64,000 bases of DNA from positions 197 to 64,196 of the forward strand of contig CAZKXX010000005.1 of NCBI GenBank assembly GCA_964556705.1. Reading direction: 5' to 3'. The position numbers were made by a program, and so were the translations under genes. Under the pieces are notes generated by a model. The model was not told the origin of the DNA. It searched no databases and saw nothing but the letters and a program-made list of their open reading frames with translations. Every line of letters begins with the position of its first letter. Position 1 is the first letter of the stretch. This document shows positions 8,646 to 18,758 of this stretch, in pieces. This stretch comes from an uncultured Acidobacteriota bacterium. Lineage in GTDB: Bacteria > Acidobacteriota > Terriglobia > UBA7540.

Positions 8646-10736
8646 TCACTCCTCGCTTTTCAGCCCCAACGCCACTGGAGGCCGCGGCTTGCCTCCGCGG
8701 ATGGCGTGAACCGGCCCTCTGAGTTTGTCTTCAGCTTCCACGCGGAAAAGCCGGAAGTCCGAGTAATGATGGATATTGCGGAAGGTCCGTCCCTTCCACC
8801 CAATCGTGACGCTGACATCCTGTGGGAGCCACATCCGGGACCCGAGTTCCTTGAAGTACGCCTCGCCGAACCGGATGAGGGTGGTCTGCTGGGAGAGTCC
8901 GTGTTCTTCAGGAATCCGGAGCAGCTCGGTCCTCATGCGCAGGATGCGGTGATCGGTTGCATCCACCCACACCACGCCCTGGATGAGTAACGGAAGCGAA
9001 CGCCGTGCCGACACGAAGCGAGAGAGAATCGTACCGCTGCCTAAGCGTTGCGCGAAGGCGAGGACGCGCGTGGGGCGTCCGTCCACCCTTTGACGCCCGA
9101 GATAACGGTAATCCGAACCGTCCTGGTAAGCGGGATGAAAGAAGAGCGGCGTCGAGGCAAACCCCGCCGTACTCACGGGGCCGCGGGGCTTGTTCGGGAG
9201 GTTCGGCTGGTCTTGGTTGGCCCGGTGTTCCGTCAAGCCCATGCCCCATCTTTCCTCGCGGGTGAGCATCAGGTATTCAAACTTCGCCGAATTCAGGTCC
9301 TCCATCTCCCCCCTCGACCCTTGATATTGATGTCGAATGTCTTCCTGGGACATGGTGTTGGGGAAGGCATGGAAAAGCGCCTGGACCACGCGACCGACCC
9401 GGCGCAACAGGCCCGGCAGCAGCCGCTGGTCAGCCGCGGGCTGAAGCCCCTTCAGTTCCGGCATCATCTCCACCATGTCCGCCGGCGAAAGCTCCAGCAC
9501 GGACCGGGCCGGCTGATAGGAATCGAGGACCATGCGGTCCTGCAAGTCGAGATAAATAAGGCGGGCGGGAAGCGACAGGTCGCGCGGCTGCTTGCCGGCA
9601 AGATAGGCATTGAAGTGCTGCTCCGCGTTGACGCGATCTCCCAGCTTCAACAGAGCGCGCATCCGCAGAAGGTGGGCCTCCTGCGAAGCGCCCGCCTCGA
9701 GCGCCTTCCCGAGCATTTCGGCAGCCTCCGCCCACTTTCCGGCCGCGACGAGGATACGACCGAGTTCCTGAGGCGCCAGCGGGTCGGAAGGGTCAAGCTT
9801 GTGGGCCTGCCGGAAGCGCTCCTCGGACAGTTTCAAATCGCCGCGCCACGCTTCCAGGAAGCCGAGGATGACAAAGATTTCGGACCGCCGGGCGGCGCCG
9901 GGGGAGGCGGCGGCCTGCGTCAGCTCACGTTCAGCGCTCACCCAGCTTCCCGAGGCCAGAAACGCCAGACTCAGGGCCAGCCGGCACTCCAGACAGGCCG
10001 GCTCGGCTTCCACGGCGCGCGTCAGAAACGGCGCGGCTGGAAGACCCTTCCCGGATTCCGCCAGCACCGAGCACCCTTCCTCGAAATTCCGCCGCGCCGA
10101 TTCTCCGGTCAGAACGCCTTTTCCCGCCTCGCGAAGGCGCGGACTCATTCCGGCCAGAAGCGTCTCGAGCCGCAGGTGCGTCACCTCCAGGTCCGAAGCT
10201 TCCGGCCTCATGACGACTTCAACGGCCTTTCGCCGCTCCGGCAGAACCGTTGCGGTCTCGCGGCCGTCAGAGAACCCCGGCTTGGTCGCCACGGCCGTCA
10301 CCAGGACAGGCGCGTCCCTGTTGATAGTTTCGGAATGTTCGCTCCGGAACTCACCGCGCAGATTCGTCTCAACAACGATGGGAGCCTGGAAATTCGCGCC
10401 AAGCGCCACCGTGACCCGCACCCCGCTGACGGGGTCTCCGGCCGGCGTTGTGACGCGTCCGAAGACGGTGAAGGGAGAATGCGACGCTGTCGCGGCATCC
10501 ACCTCCGGTTCCGGGAAAGCGGCAGGAGGAGCCGATTCGACGGGAGGAGCGTCGGCGGCTTCGTCGGCGGCCTGTTCCCACGCCTGGAGCGCGGGCGCAC
10601 TGAGTCCCGCCAGCAGCGTGAGGAGAATCGCCCGGAATTTCAAAAGTCCCCTCCTGGCGGCAAACCGCCCATGTTTCGACGCGAAGAGCCCGACTCGGTC
10701 TGATAGGCCCGATAGTAGCGCAACCTCCGGCGACAC
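8646..10736 (-). CDS. secreted multidomain protein: CarboxypepD_reg-like fold, TPR repeats, C-terminal LolA/RseB-like region
   Basis: It has a signal-like segment (LLKFRAILLTLLAGLSAPALQA), then FGRVTTPAGDPVSGVRVTV (a carboxypeptidase-regulatory-type beta-sandwich) and TPR-like helices (residues 250-400). The C-terminal ~250 aa carry YRYLGRQRVDGRPTRVL...VVWVD, reminiscent of lipoprotein-sorting folds. Function is unknown. Confidence 0.55.
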   Translation of the reverse strand: MSPEVALLSGLSDRVGLFASKHGRFAARRGLLKFRAILLTLLAGLSAPALQAWEQAADEAADAPPVESAPPAAFPEPEVDAATASHSPFTVFGRVTTPAGDPVSGVRVTVALGANFQAPIVVETNLRGEFRSEHSETINRDAPVLVTAVATKPGFSDGRETATVLPERRKAVEVVMRPEASDLEVTHLRLETLLAGMSPRLREAGKGVLTGESARRNFEEGCSVLAESGKGLPAAPFLTRAVEAEPACLECRLALSLAFLASGSWVSAERELTQAAASPGAARRSEIFVILGFLEAWRGDLKLSEERFRQAHKLDPSDPLAPQELGRILVAAGKWAEAAEMLGKALEAGASQEAHLLRMRALLKLGDRVNAEQHFNAYLAGKQPRDLSLPARLIYLDLQDRMVLDSYQPARSVLELSPADMVEMMPELKGLQPAADQRLLPGLLRRVGRVVQALFHAFPNTMSQEDIRHQYQGSRGEMEDLNSAKFEYLMLTREERWGMGLTEHRANQDQPNLPNKPRGPVSTAGFASTPLFFHPAYQDGSDYRYLGRQRVDGRPTRVLAFAQRLGSGTILSRFVSARRSLPLLIQGVVWVDATDHRILRMRTELLRIPEEHGLSQQTTLIRFGEAYFKELGSRMWLPQDVSVTIGWKGRTFRNIHHYSDFRLFRVEAEDKLRGPVHAIRGGKPRPPVALGLKSEE

Positions 10737-10792
10737 TCAACCGTCAAGCTCAGCGCGTCTCGCGGCGGGCGAAACCGCAGGACCCGTGAACG

Positions 10793-12265
10793 TCAGCCTT
10801 CCCAAACCGCGCGGAAACCCGCCAGCCGGGCAATGTGCTCGAACGGGCGCTTGAGATCGCCGTAGAACGTGACGCGATGCCAGCTCCAGCGGTCCCACTC
10901 CGTGAGCAGCTTCTCGACGTCCTTCACTTCCGCCGCCAGCTTCGTCCGGCAGGCTTTGTCCTCGTCAACGTTTTCGACCGCCCGGGCCTGGTGAATCACC
11001 ATCTCCCGGCGCGGCGCGCTGAATTTGACCGTGGTCGTCAATTCACCCAGCGGCAGGAGCGAACGCACCGAGGCGCCCTTGCGGTCTTCCGCGTGGCTGC
11101 GAATGTCGTAGGGATTTGACGGCCCGTCCGGCCCGAACACTTTGCTGGGCGCCACGCAGTGCGCGTAAACGATCTGGTTCTTCGCGGTGTCAATCACCGG
11201 GTCGGAAATGTAGCCCGGCCGGCCGGTGAGATAAGTGCCCAGCAGCATGGTGATGGTGGATTGCAGGTCGGCTTCGCACGCCCCCACCAGACCTTCGTTG
11301 TTCAGTTGGAAGAACCCCAGACAGGGATAGGCGGGGAGCTTGCCGCCGTAGAAAAGCGTCAGGCAGTCAATGGTAACCGCCTGAGCGCGATGCCGCTCCA
11401 TAACGTCGCGCATGGCCACGTACATCACCGCCGAGCGTTCGATTTCCTGCCGCGACGGCTCGACCACCCGCCTTGCCTCGCGTTGCCAGCGCGCCGCCCA
11501 GTCCTGCGCGGGCGAACGAGCCGCCCTGGTGTACGCGCAGTTCAGTTCGTCGCCCAAAATCTGACGGACCTTCGTCCCGAACACTTCTTCGATGGCGCGC
11601 GCCTGCTCGCCCAGGTCACGTTCGATAACGTCGAGAATCACCGACGAGCGCAGCTTCTTCAGACATTCGAAGGAGCGGACCGCTTCGACGACGTCGTTGA
11701 AACGCGAGGACGAGACACCCGTCACTTTCAGTCCCTCGCGCCGCGCCGCCGCGTACTGAATCAGAAACTCGCCCGAGCCGGCGTAGAGGTCATCGACGAA
11801 AAGCACAGGCCGGCCGGAAGCGGCGATAACTTCCGGCGCGCCCGACCAGATGCCGATCAGGTACACGACGTACCCGTCCACTTCGCTGTCGCTTTCCAGC
11901 AGGCGCCTCGCTTGCTCACCGTTCATCGCGGTGGCGGGAAGGAATTCGACTTCGGGGCAGGCCGCGGCAAGCGTTGCCGTCAGCTCTTTTTTGCGGCGTT
12001 CGTAATCGTAGCCCTGGTAGGGCCAGGTTTCCTTCTCCTTCGGAATGTGGGTGAAAACCAAACGCAGTCGCGTCTTGACATCCGGAAGCAGATTCTTCTG
12101 CTCCGTACGCGGCGCAGGCGCTGCGGCGGCGGCCACCCTCGCCTTTTGCGCCGCGAGTCGTGGGGCGCAGAACGCGCTCGCCGCGCAGGCCGCGCAGCCC
12201 GCGAGAAACTCGCGCCGGTTGACGGCGACCGGCAATCGCTGCAAGGTCCTGGTGGGATGAATCAT
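10793..12265 (-). CDS. TAT-signal protein, possibly L-fucose/arabinose isomerase-like
   Basis: The ATG at 12265 is preceded by GGGAGGA. It gives MIHPTRTLQRLPVAVNRREFLAGCAACAASAF (twin-Arg signal). The body (GIWSGAPEVI..., GACEADLQSTITMLLG) recalls sugar-isomerase-like folds from memory only. Confidence 0.5.
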   Translation of the reverse strand: MIHPTRTLQRLPVAVNRREFLAGCAACAASAFCAPRLAAQKARVAAAAAPAPRTEQKNLLPDVKTRLRLVFTHIPKEKETWPYQGYDYERRKKELTATLAAACPEVEFLPATAMNGEQARRLLESDSEVDGYVVYLIGIWSGAPEVIAASGRPVLFVDDLYAGSGEFLIQYAAARREGLKVTGVSSSRFNDVVEAVRSFECLKKLRSSVILDVIERDLGEQARAIEEVFGTKVRQILGDELNCAYTRAARSPAQDWAARWQREARRVVEPSRQEIERSAVMYVAMRDVMERHRAQAVTIDCLTLFYGGKLPAYPCLGFFQLNNEGLVGACEADLQSTITMLLGTYLTGRPGYISDPVIDTAKNQIVYAHCVAPSKVFGPDGPSNPYDIRSHAEDRKGASVRSLLPLGELTTTVKFSAPRREMVIHQARAVENVDEDKACRTKLAAEVKDVEKLLTEWDRWSWHRVTFYGDLKRPFEHIARLAGFRAVWEG

Positions 12266-12612
12266 GACGGAATCCTCCCGAAGAGAGCAATGCTCGCGGG
12301 CAACTGGGAAGGAATTCTCCCCTCGCTCGGAGACGGGCTTCCGCCCGCGAGGGATGGCGACCGGGCTCGAAAGCCAGGCCGGGACGAAGCCGTTGCGCCG
12401 ATTCTGCGCGCCAGAAGTGCCGGGGGCAAGACCCAAGAAGTCCCTCCGACTGTTTGTCCCTGCTGCGCCGCGCCACCCCGCCCCCAGGCGTCGCCGCTCC
12501 CAACCGTGGCCGAGCCCAAATCCCTTCAATCGCCTGCGCTTGCGGGTATAATTTCAGTTCACGCCCCTCAGGGTGTGAGCGGGCACGACCACCGATTCTT
12601 TTGAGCATCTCC

Positions 12613-13719
12613 ATGTCTCGCTCTCAACCGCCATTCCGAATCGTGGGCGCTGAGCATACGCCTTTCGGCTTCCAGGCCGGCAGCCTTGCGACGCGGCCGG
12701 TTAATCGGCGTGGGTTCCTTCAATCACTGGCGCTCCTCGCGCTGCCCGTGCCTGCGCAAGAACCTGTCCCGCGCGAACTCGCCACACCGCATAAGGTGGG
12801 TCGGCTCGTCATTGCGCCTTCAGCAGAAGCTGGCGCGTTCGATTCGCAGGGTGCCGACGTGCCCTTCGTGTTTCGCCACGACGGGATGTTCTACATGACC
12901 TATGTGGGCTTCGACGGGGAGGGCTATCAGACCGGCCTCGCCGTCTCATCAAACCTGCTCGACTGGCGCAAGGAAGGCGTGATTCTGCCGCGCGACGCAC
13001 GCCATCCGGTGTTGCGGTACAACGCCGCGCTCACCTGGATACTCCGCGAGAACGACGTCTTCTCTCCCGGCCGGCTGCGCAAGGTGCGCGGGCGCTATCT
13101 GGGCGTCTATCACGCTTACCCGAAACCAGGCTACGAGGAAGGACCGGCGGTCATCGGCCTGTGCTGGAGTCGCGATCTCAAGAACTGGGAAGTCGAAGAA
13201 CCCTGCCTTCGTCCCGACGATGGCGCGGGATGGGAGAACGGCGGCCTCTACAAGGCCTGCATCCTTGAAGACGCGGGAACGTACTACCTCTACTACAACG
13301 CGAAAGACCGCGGAGAACGCTGGAAGGAGCAGACAGGGTTCGCGACTTCGCGTGGCCTGAAGACCTGGACGCGTTACGAAGCGAATCCCACACTCACGAA
13401 CGGCCCGGCCGGCAGTCCCGATGAAATCTTTGCGAGCGACCCTTGCGTATTGCGCTATCGCAACCGCTGGGCCATCTTCTATTACGGGCTCGACGCAAAG
13501 GGTGTGGCACGCGATCTGCTGGCGCTATCGCCCGACCTGCGCCGCACCGTCAAATGCTCCGTCGCGCTGATTGACGTCGGCCCGCCCGGCAGCGTGGACT
13601 CGAAATACGCCCACAAGCCTTCCGTGGTCTTCCACCGCGGGACGCTCTACCACTTCTATTGCGCCGTCTCGAACGAGTTCGGGCGCGGAATCAGCGTCGC
13701 AACGTCTCGGCCCGCTTAA
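12613..13719 (+). CDS. TAT/Sec-signal five-bladed beta-propeller glycosidase-like protein (GH130/GH43/GH32 clan)
   Basis: The ATG at 12613 gives MSRSQPP...VNRRGFLQSLALLALPVPAQ. Repeated blade motifs follow (FRHDGMFYMTYVGFDG, GVYHAY...GLCWSRDLKNWE, YYLYYNAKD, WAIFYYG, LYHFYCAV). Confidence 0.55.
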   Translation: MSRSQPPFRIVGAEHTPFGFQAGSLATRPVNRRGFLQSLALLALPVPAQEPVPRELATPHKVGRLVIAPSAEAGAFDSQGADVPFVFRHDGMFYMTYVGFDGEGYQTGLAVSSNLLDWRKEGVILPRDARHPVLRYNAALTWILRENDVFSPGRLRKVRGRYLGVYHAYPKPGYEEGPAVIGLCWSRDLKNWEVEEPCLRPDDGAGWENGGLYKACILEDAGTYYLYYNAKDRGERWKEQTGFATSRGLKTWTRYEANPTLTNGPAGSPDEIFASDPCVLRYRNRWAIFYYGLDAKGVARDLLALSPDLRRTVKCSVALIDVGPPGSVDSKYAHKPSVVFHRGTLYHFYCAVSNEFGRGISVATSRPA

Positions 13720-13760
13720 GAACCTCAAATCGAGTTCCGCGGGGCAGTTTCACGCGCGCC

Positions 13761-15125
13761 TCACACTTCGACCGTTCCCGTCGCCGCGTCCCAGGAAACT
13801 TTCTTCCCTGTCCGGTAGGAGATGTTCACCATGTGTCCCGCAGCGGCCGCGTAGTGGCCGACTTCCGCATGTTCTGAGCACTCCTCGCGCGAGCGGACGC
13901 TTTCAAAGAACTCGAGCAGGTGGAGCGCCGTCGCGTCCATGCGTTCTTCGGTCTTGATCTCCTCGGGCGGCGGCGCGGTGCGTTTGGCCTCCTCGCGGTG
14001 CGCGCCCTGCTCCCAGAACCATTCCTGGAGCGCCTTCGGCCAGCTGTCGATCGAATAGCTGTAGCCTTCGCGCTTCGATTCGCCCGCCAGCGTCATCGTG
14101 CCCGCGCCGAGCAGGAGGTTGAGCGAAGCGTCCGTCCCCAGGATCTGGATGCCCTGCCCCGCCGTCGAGGCGCTGTTGAACGTCGCGGCCATGTTGACGT
14201 GGAACCCGTCGTACTCGAACAGCGCGTCGAGCGTGTCCGGCACCTCGCGCCCGTCGTGCCGGTAGAGAATCCCGCCCGTCGCCACAACACTCTTCGGCAT
14301 CTCCACGTCCATCAGGAAGTGAATGGAATTGATGAGGTGCACGAAGAGGTCGGTCGAGATGCCGCCGGAAAAATCCCAGTACTTACGATAGCGAAAAACG
14401 TATTCCGGATCGAACTCGCGTTTTTCCGCCGGGCCGAGCCATTCGTCCCAGAGCAAATTCACGCCGGGTTTCAGGTCCGGCGGAATGGGATAATTCCACG
14501 CGCCCGCCGAGCTGTTGCGGTTGTAGGTGGCGGTGATTTTCGTCACCTTGCCGAGCTTGCCGGTCTTGATGAGTTCGCGCGCCCTGCGATGCTGCTCGCT
14601 CGAAATCCACTGGCTGCCCACCTGCACGATGCGGTCGTAGCGTTTCGCCGCCTCGATGATGGGCCGGCCTTCCTCCACGGCCTTCGTCATCGGCTTTTCG
14701 ATGAAGACGTCCTTGCCGGCCGAGAGCGCATCCAGCGTCATCTGCAAGTGCCAGTGGTCGGGCGTGGCGATGACGACGGCATCCACATCTTTCCTTTCGA
14801 GAATCTTCTTGTACCCGCCCAGGCTGGTCTCAATCTTCCCTTCCGTGCGTTCCCTGGCGCGGACGAGGTGCCCTTCGTAGCAGTCGCTCGTGACCACCAG
14901 GTTCGCCTGCCCGGTCCTGGCCGCCTCATCCATGAGGATGTGGCCGCGAATACCCGCGCCGATAAACGCCACGCCCACGCGGTCGCTCGGAGGCGCGGGC
15001 TTCGGCCACGCCGGCGCGGCTTCGAGCGGCACCGCCTCGCCATTCAACAGCAGTCCCATTCCGGCGGCGCCCGCCGCCGTGTGGCGCAGAAACTCGCGCC
15101 GCGAGTAGTCCTTCTTCCGGCTCAT
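13761..15125 (-). CDS. Gfo/Idh/MocA family oxidoreductase with twin-arginine signal
   Basis: It starts MSRKKDYSRREFLRHTAAGAAGMGLL and has a Rossmann motif VGVAFIGAGIRG and EKP. The RBS is GGGAGGAAAG. Confidence 0.8.
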   Translation of the reverse strand: MSRKKDYSRREFLRHTAAGAAGMGLLLNGEAVPLEAAPAWPKPAPPSDRVGVAFIGAGIRGHILMDEAARTGQANLVVTSDCYEGHLVRARERTEGKIETSLGGYKKILERKDVDAVVIATPDHWHLQMTLDALSAGKDVFIEKPMTKAVEEGRPIIEAAKRYDRIVQVGSQWISSEQHRRARELIKTGKLGKVTKITATYNRNSSAGAWNYPIPPDLKPGVNLLWDEWLGPAEKREFDPEYVFRYRKYWDFSGGISTDLFVHLINSIHFLMDVEMPKSVVATGGILYRHDGREVPDTLDALFEYDGFHVNMAATFNSASTAGQGIQILGTDASLNLLLGAGTMTLAGESKREGYSYSIDSWPKALQEWFWEQGAHREEAKRTAPPPEEIKTEERMDATALHLLEFFESVRSREECSEHAEVGHYAAAAGHMVNISYRTGKKVSWDAATGTVEV

Positions 15126-15358
15126 AGCTCTTTCCTCCCGTCAGCCCCCGGCCGCCGGGTCCGCATGCCGCACCCGGCTGAGGGCATCGCCATCCAATCC
15201 CGTGTCATTCTCTTACTCCCACCTCCTGCCCCAATTCAATCGAAAACGCGCGGGCGGCCTCGGCGGGTTTCGGGCCGGTTGTTTCCCCTCAAGATTGTCG
15301 CCTCTGGTATGCTGTATCGTCATCGTCTTCGAGGTCGTACGCAGGCGAGGAACAAACG

Positions 15359-16222
15359 ATGGCGCGAAAGCGGGGAAATAGCGACACGACGCCGCGGCTG
15401 GCCTACCAGAACCCGCGGTTTCTGGAGAGCGCCGACGCGCGCACGCTGCGCATCGTCGCCGAATATCTCGAGCCGCAGTCGCGTTTGCGCCGTCTGGGGG
15501 TTCAGAACACCGTCGTCTTCTTCGGCTCGGCTCGCGTGCCGCCGCGCGAGGAGGCGCTGGCCCGCCTGCGCGAGCTCGAGGCCCGAAGGCGCTCGGGCGA
15601 CGGGCGCGTCACTGACAAGGCTCTGCGCGTCGCGCGCACCCAGCTCCAGATGGCGCGCTATTACGAAGAAGCGCGGGAGCTGGCGCGGTTGGTCACTCGC
15701 TGGTCGCTCTCGCTCAAGAACGGGGCGCATTTTCTCGTCGTCTGCTCGGGCGGCGGGCCGGGCATCATGGAAGCCGCCAACCTTGGCGCGCACGAAGCGG
15801 GCGGGCTCTCGATCGGGCTCAACATCAAGCTTCCGCACGAGCAGAAACCCAATCCCTACATCACGCCCAAACTCAACTTTCTGTTCCGCTACTTCTTCAT
15901 GCGCAAGCTCTGGTTCGCGCAGCCTTCGAAAGCGCTCGTGGTGTTTCCCGGCGGCTTCGGAACGATGGACGAGCTCTTCGAAATCCTCACGCTCACCCAG
16001 ACGCGCAAGCTCGGCCACCACGCCACCGTGCTGCTCTACGGCTCGAAATGGTGGAAGCGCGCCTTCGACTTCAACTGGCTTTACGAGTGCGGCACCGTGG
16101 ACGAACAGGACCTTCGCCTCATCCGCTTCGCCGATACGCCGCAGGAAGCGTTCCAGATCCTCAAACATAACCTGAGCCGCGACCGCGAACTACGCTCGGC
16201 CCTTCGAGCGCCGTTTGATTGA
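15359..16222 (+). CDS. LOG family protein (TIGR00730; nucleotide 5'-monophosphate nucleosidase-like)
   Basis: It carries the GGGPGIMEAAN and PGGFGTMDELFE motifs. Confidence 0.8.
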   Translation: MARKRGNSDTTPRLAYQNPRFLESADARTLRIVAEYLEPQSRLRRLGVQNTVVFFGSARVPPREEALARLRELEARRRSGDGRVTDKALRVARTQLQMARYYEEARELARLVTRWSLSLKNGAHFLVVCSGGGPGIMEAANLGAHEAGGLSIGLNIKLPHEQKPNPYITPKLNFLFRYFFMRKLWFAQPSKALVVFPGGFGTMDELFEILTLTQTRKLGHHATVLLYGSKWWKRAFDFNWLYECGTVDEQDLRLIRFADTPQEAFQILKHNLSRDRELRSALRAPFD

Positions 16223-16403
16223 TCGTCGGCGAAGCTGAGGATCAGAGCGGTCAGCCGTCGGCGGTCAGCCATCAGCGCTCAAGTTGAGCGCTCCGTGTTT
16301 CGAGTTGAGAGTTCCTATATCTTTCCTCTCTCATCCTTTGTCCTTCATCCTTTCATCGATCCCCGCTGTCTCGCCGATCCTCCTGACTCCTGGCTTCTGA
16401 CTT

Positions 16404-16432
16404 CTGACTTCTTCTTTGCGGAGCGCTATAAT
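16404..16432 (+). promoter_or_regulatory. sigma70-like promoter CTGACT-N17-TATAAT upstream of the fumarase gene
   Basis: The -10 TATAAT lies at 16427-16432. The -35 CTGACT at 16404-16409 sits inside a tandem ttctgac ttctgac repeat. The RBS GGGAGGA follows and the ATG is at 16489. Confidence 0.4.
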
Positions 16433-16488
16433 TCCCCCGAGGCCCCAAATCGTCGGGAGGACGGAATCCTCCCTAACCGAGGCGCATC

Positions 16489-18036
16489 ATGCAATTTTTC
16501 CGAGAGTCAATACTTGAACTCATCATCCAGACCTCGACGAACCTCCCGCCGGACGTCCGCCAGGCGATGAAGTGGGCGCTCGCGACCGAAGACCCGAAAA
16601 CGCAGGCCGGGCAGGCGCTCTCGATCATCGGCCAGAACATCGACATGGCCGAAGAAGACGAAGGCCCCATCTGCCAGGACACCGGCATGCCGACGTTTGA
16701 AATCAAGACGCCCATCGGCACGAACCAGATGGCCCTGCGCGAGGAAATCCGCGCCGCCGTCGCCGAAGCCACGCGCCGCGGCAAGCTGCGGCCGAATTCG
16801 GTGGATTCAATTACGGGCAAAAACAGCGGCAACAACCTCGGCCCCGGCACGCCGGTGATTCACTTCGAGCAGTGGGAAAAGCCCGACATCGAAGTTCGGC
16901 TCATCCTGAAGGGCGGCGGGTGCGAGAACAAGAACATCCAATATTCCGTCCCCTGCACGCTCGACCACCTGGGCCGCGCCGACCGCGACCTGGAAGGCGT
17001 GAAAAAATGCATTTTGCACGCCGTGTGGCAGGCGCAGGGACAGGGCTGCGCGCCGGGCGCCGTGGGGGTCTGCATCGGCAGCGACCGCGCGCACGGCTAC
17101 CACCTCGCCAAGCGGCAACTCTTCCGCACGCTCGATGACACCAATCCCGACCCGGCGCTCGCCAAACTCGAGCACGAAATCATGGACGAGGCGAACAAAC
17201 TCGGCGTGGGCGCGATGGGCTTCGGCGGAGGCGTCTCGCTCATCGGCTGCAAGATCGCGGCGGCCAACCGCCTGCCCGCCAGCTTCTTCGTCTCCGTCGC
17301 CTACGACTGCTGGGCGTTTCGCCGGCTCGGCGTGCTGCTCGATGCGGAAAGCGGCGCGATCAAGAAGTGGCTCTATCGCGACCCCGAACGCGCCGTCGAA
17401 CGGCTCATCAAAGACGGCGCGGGATTCCAGTTGACCGGGCGCGAAATCCGCCTGGAGACGCCGCTGACGGAAGAAAAAGTTCGCGGTTTGAAAGTCGGCG
17501 ACGTCGTGCTCCTCAACGGGCGACTCGTCACCGGCCGCGACGCCGCGCACCACTACCTGATGCACCACGAAGCGCCCTGCGATTTGAACGGCATGATCCT
17601 CTACCACTGCGGCCCGGTGATGATGAAGAACGGCGACCACTGGCGCACCACGGCCGCGGGGCCCACGACGAGCATCCGCGAAGAGCCTTACGAAGCCGAC
17701 GTCATCCGGCGTTTCGGCCTGCGCGGCGTGATGGGCAAGGGTGGCATGGGGAAGAAAACACTCGCGGCGCTCAAGGAGCACGGCGCCGTCTATCTCCACG
17801 CGATCGGCGGCGCGGCGCAGTTCTACGCGCGCTGCCTGCCGAGAGTTCACGACGTCCATCTACTGGAAGAACTCGGCGTCCCGGAAGCCATGTGGGTCTT
17901 CGAAGCGCGAGATTTCCCCGCCATCGTCACTATGGACGCCCACGGCAATTCACTGCACGAGGAAATGTGGGAGAAGACGGGAGCGGAGTTGGAGAAGGTC
18001 GGCGCTGGGGGCCAGGTGCGCGGCACCGGCCATTAA
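16489..18036 (+). CDS. class I (Fe-S) fumarate hydratase / tartrate dehydratase family, fused alpha+beta
   Basis: The N-terminal domain has ICQDTGMP and a C-terminal hydrolyase beta domain is present (GRLVTGRDAAHHYL, GPTTS, GKGGM). Length is 515 aa. Confidence 0.8.
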   Translation: MQFFRESILELIIQTSTNLPPDVRQAMKWALATEDPKTQAGQALSIIGQNIDMAEEDEGPICQDTGMPTFEIKTPIGTNQMALREEIRAAVAEATRRGKLRPNSVDSITGKNSGNNLGPGTPVIHFEQWEKPDIEVRLILKGGGCENKNIQYSVPCTLDHLGRADRDLEGVKKCILHAVWQAQGQGCAPGAVGVCIGSDRAHGYHLAKRQLFRTLDDTNPDPALAKLEHEIMDEANKLGVGAMGFGGGVSLIGCKIAAANRLPASFFVSVAYDCWAFRRLGVLLDAESGAIKKWLYRDPERAVERLIKDGAGFQLTGREIRLETPLTEEKVRGLKVGDVVLLNGRLVTGRDAAHHYLMHHEAPCDLNGMILYHCGPVMMKNGDHWRTTAAGPTTSIREEPYEADVIRRFGLRGVMGKGGMGKKTLAALKEHGAVYLHAIGGAAQFYARCLPRVHDVHLLEELGVPEAMWVFEARDFPAIVTMDAHGNSLHEEMWEKTGAELEKVGAGGQVRGTGH

Positions 18037-18199
18037 CAAGTATTCAATCGCCGCCCCAGCGCAGGCGTGCGCTCTGCGTCATTCCGCCGGCAACATTCTC
18101 GTATCGCGGGAGACGCTTGAACGCGACTCAAGTCGTAGTTTTCCTCACGAGTTCCTGCATAATCGAGACTCTCGTAAAAATCAACGGAGGTTTTTCGCC

Positions 18200-18700
18200 A
18201 TGGGAGTAATTGACGAAGTGTTGAAAGCCAACGAGAACTATGCCAAGGGATTCAACCAAGGGAATCTGCCCATGCCGCCGGCGCGGAAGCTGGCCGTGGT
18301 GGCCTGCATGGACGCGCGGCTGGTGGTCTCCCAGATTCTGGGTACCAAGCCCGGCGACGCGCACGTCATCCGCAACGCGGGCGGGATCGTCACCGAGGAC
18401 GCGCTGCGCTCGCTCATCATCTCCCACCACCTGCTCGGCACGCAGGAGTTCATGATCATCAATCACACTGACTGCGGCATGTTGACGTTTCGGGACGGCG
18501 ACCTGCACCGGCGACTCATCAACGAAACGGGGACCGACGCCGTCGCACCCGCGCGCTTCTTCGCCTTTCCGGAGCTCGAAGCCAACGTCCGCAACCAGAT
18601 CCAGAAAGTGAAGTCGCATCCCTGGATTCCCAAGCAGATTCCCGTGCGGGGTTTTATTTACGACGTCAAGACCGGACGGCTGAAAGAGGTGAAGGCCTGA
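18200..18700 (+). CDS. beta-class carbonic anhydrase
   Basis: The ATG at 18200 follows GGAGG. The product has VVACMDAR and INHTDCGM (the Cys-Asp-Arg...His-x-x-Cys zinc site). Length is 166 aa. Confidence 0.8.
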   Translation: MGVIDEVLKANENYAKGFNQGNLPMPPARKLAVVACMDARLVVSQILGTKPGDAHVIRNAGGIVTEDALRSLIISHHLLGTQEFMIINHTDCGMLTFRDGDLHRRLINETGTDAVAPARFFAFPELEANVRNQIQKVKSHPWIPKQIPVRGFIYDVKTGRLKEVKA

Positions 18701-18758
18701 CCGCGCAGGGGGCAAGGCTCGCATGGCCCGCACGAAGAGGGCACGGAACGCCGCGCCC

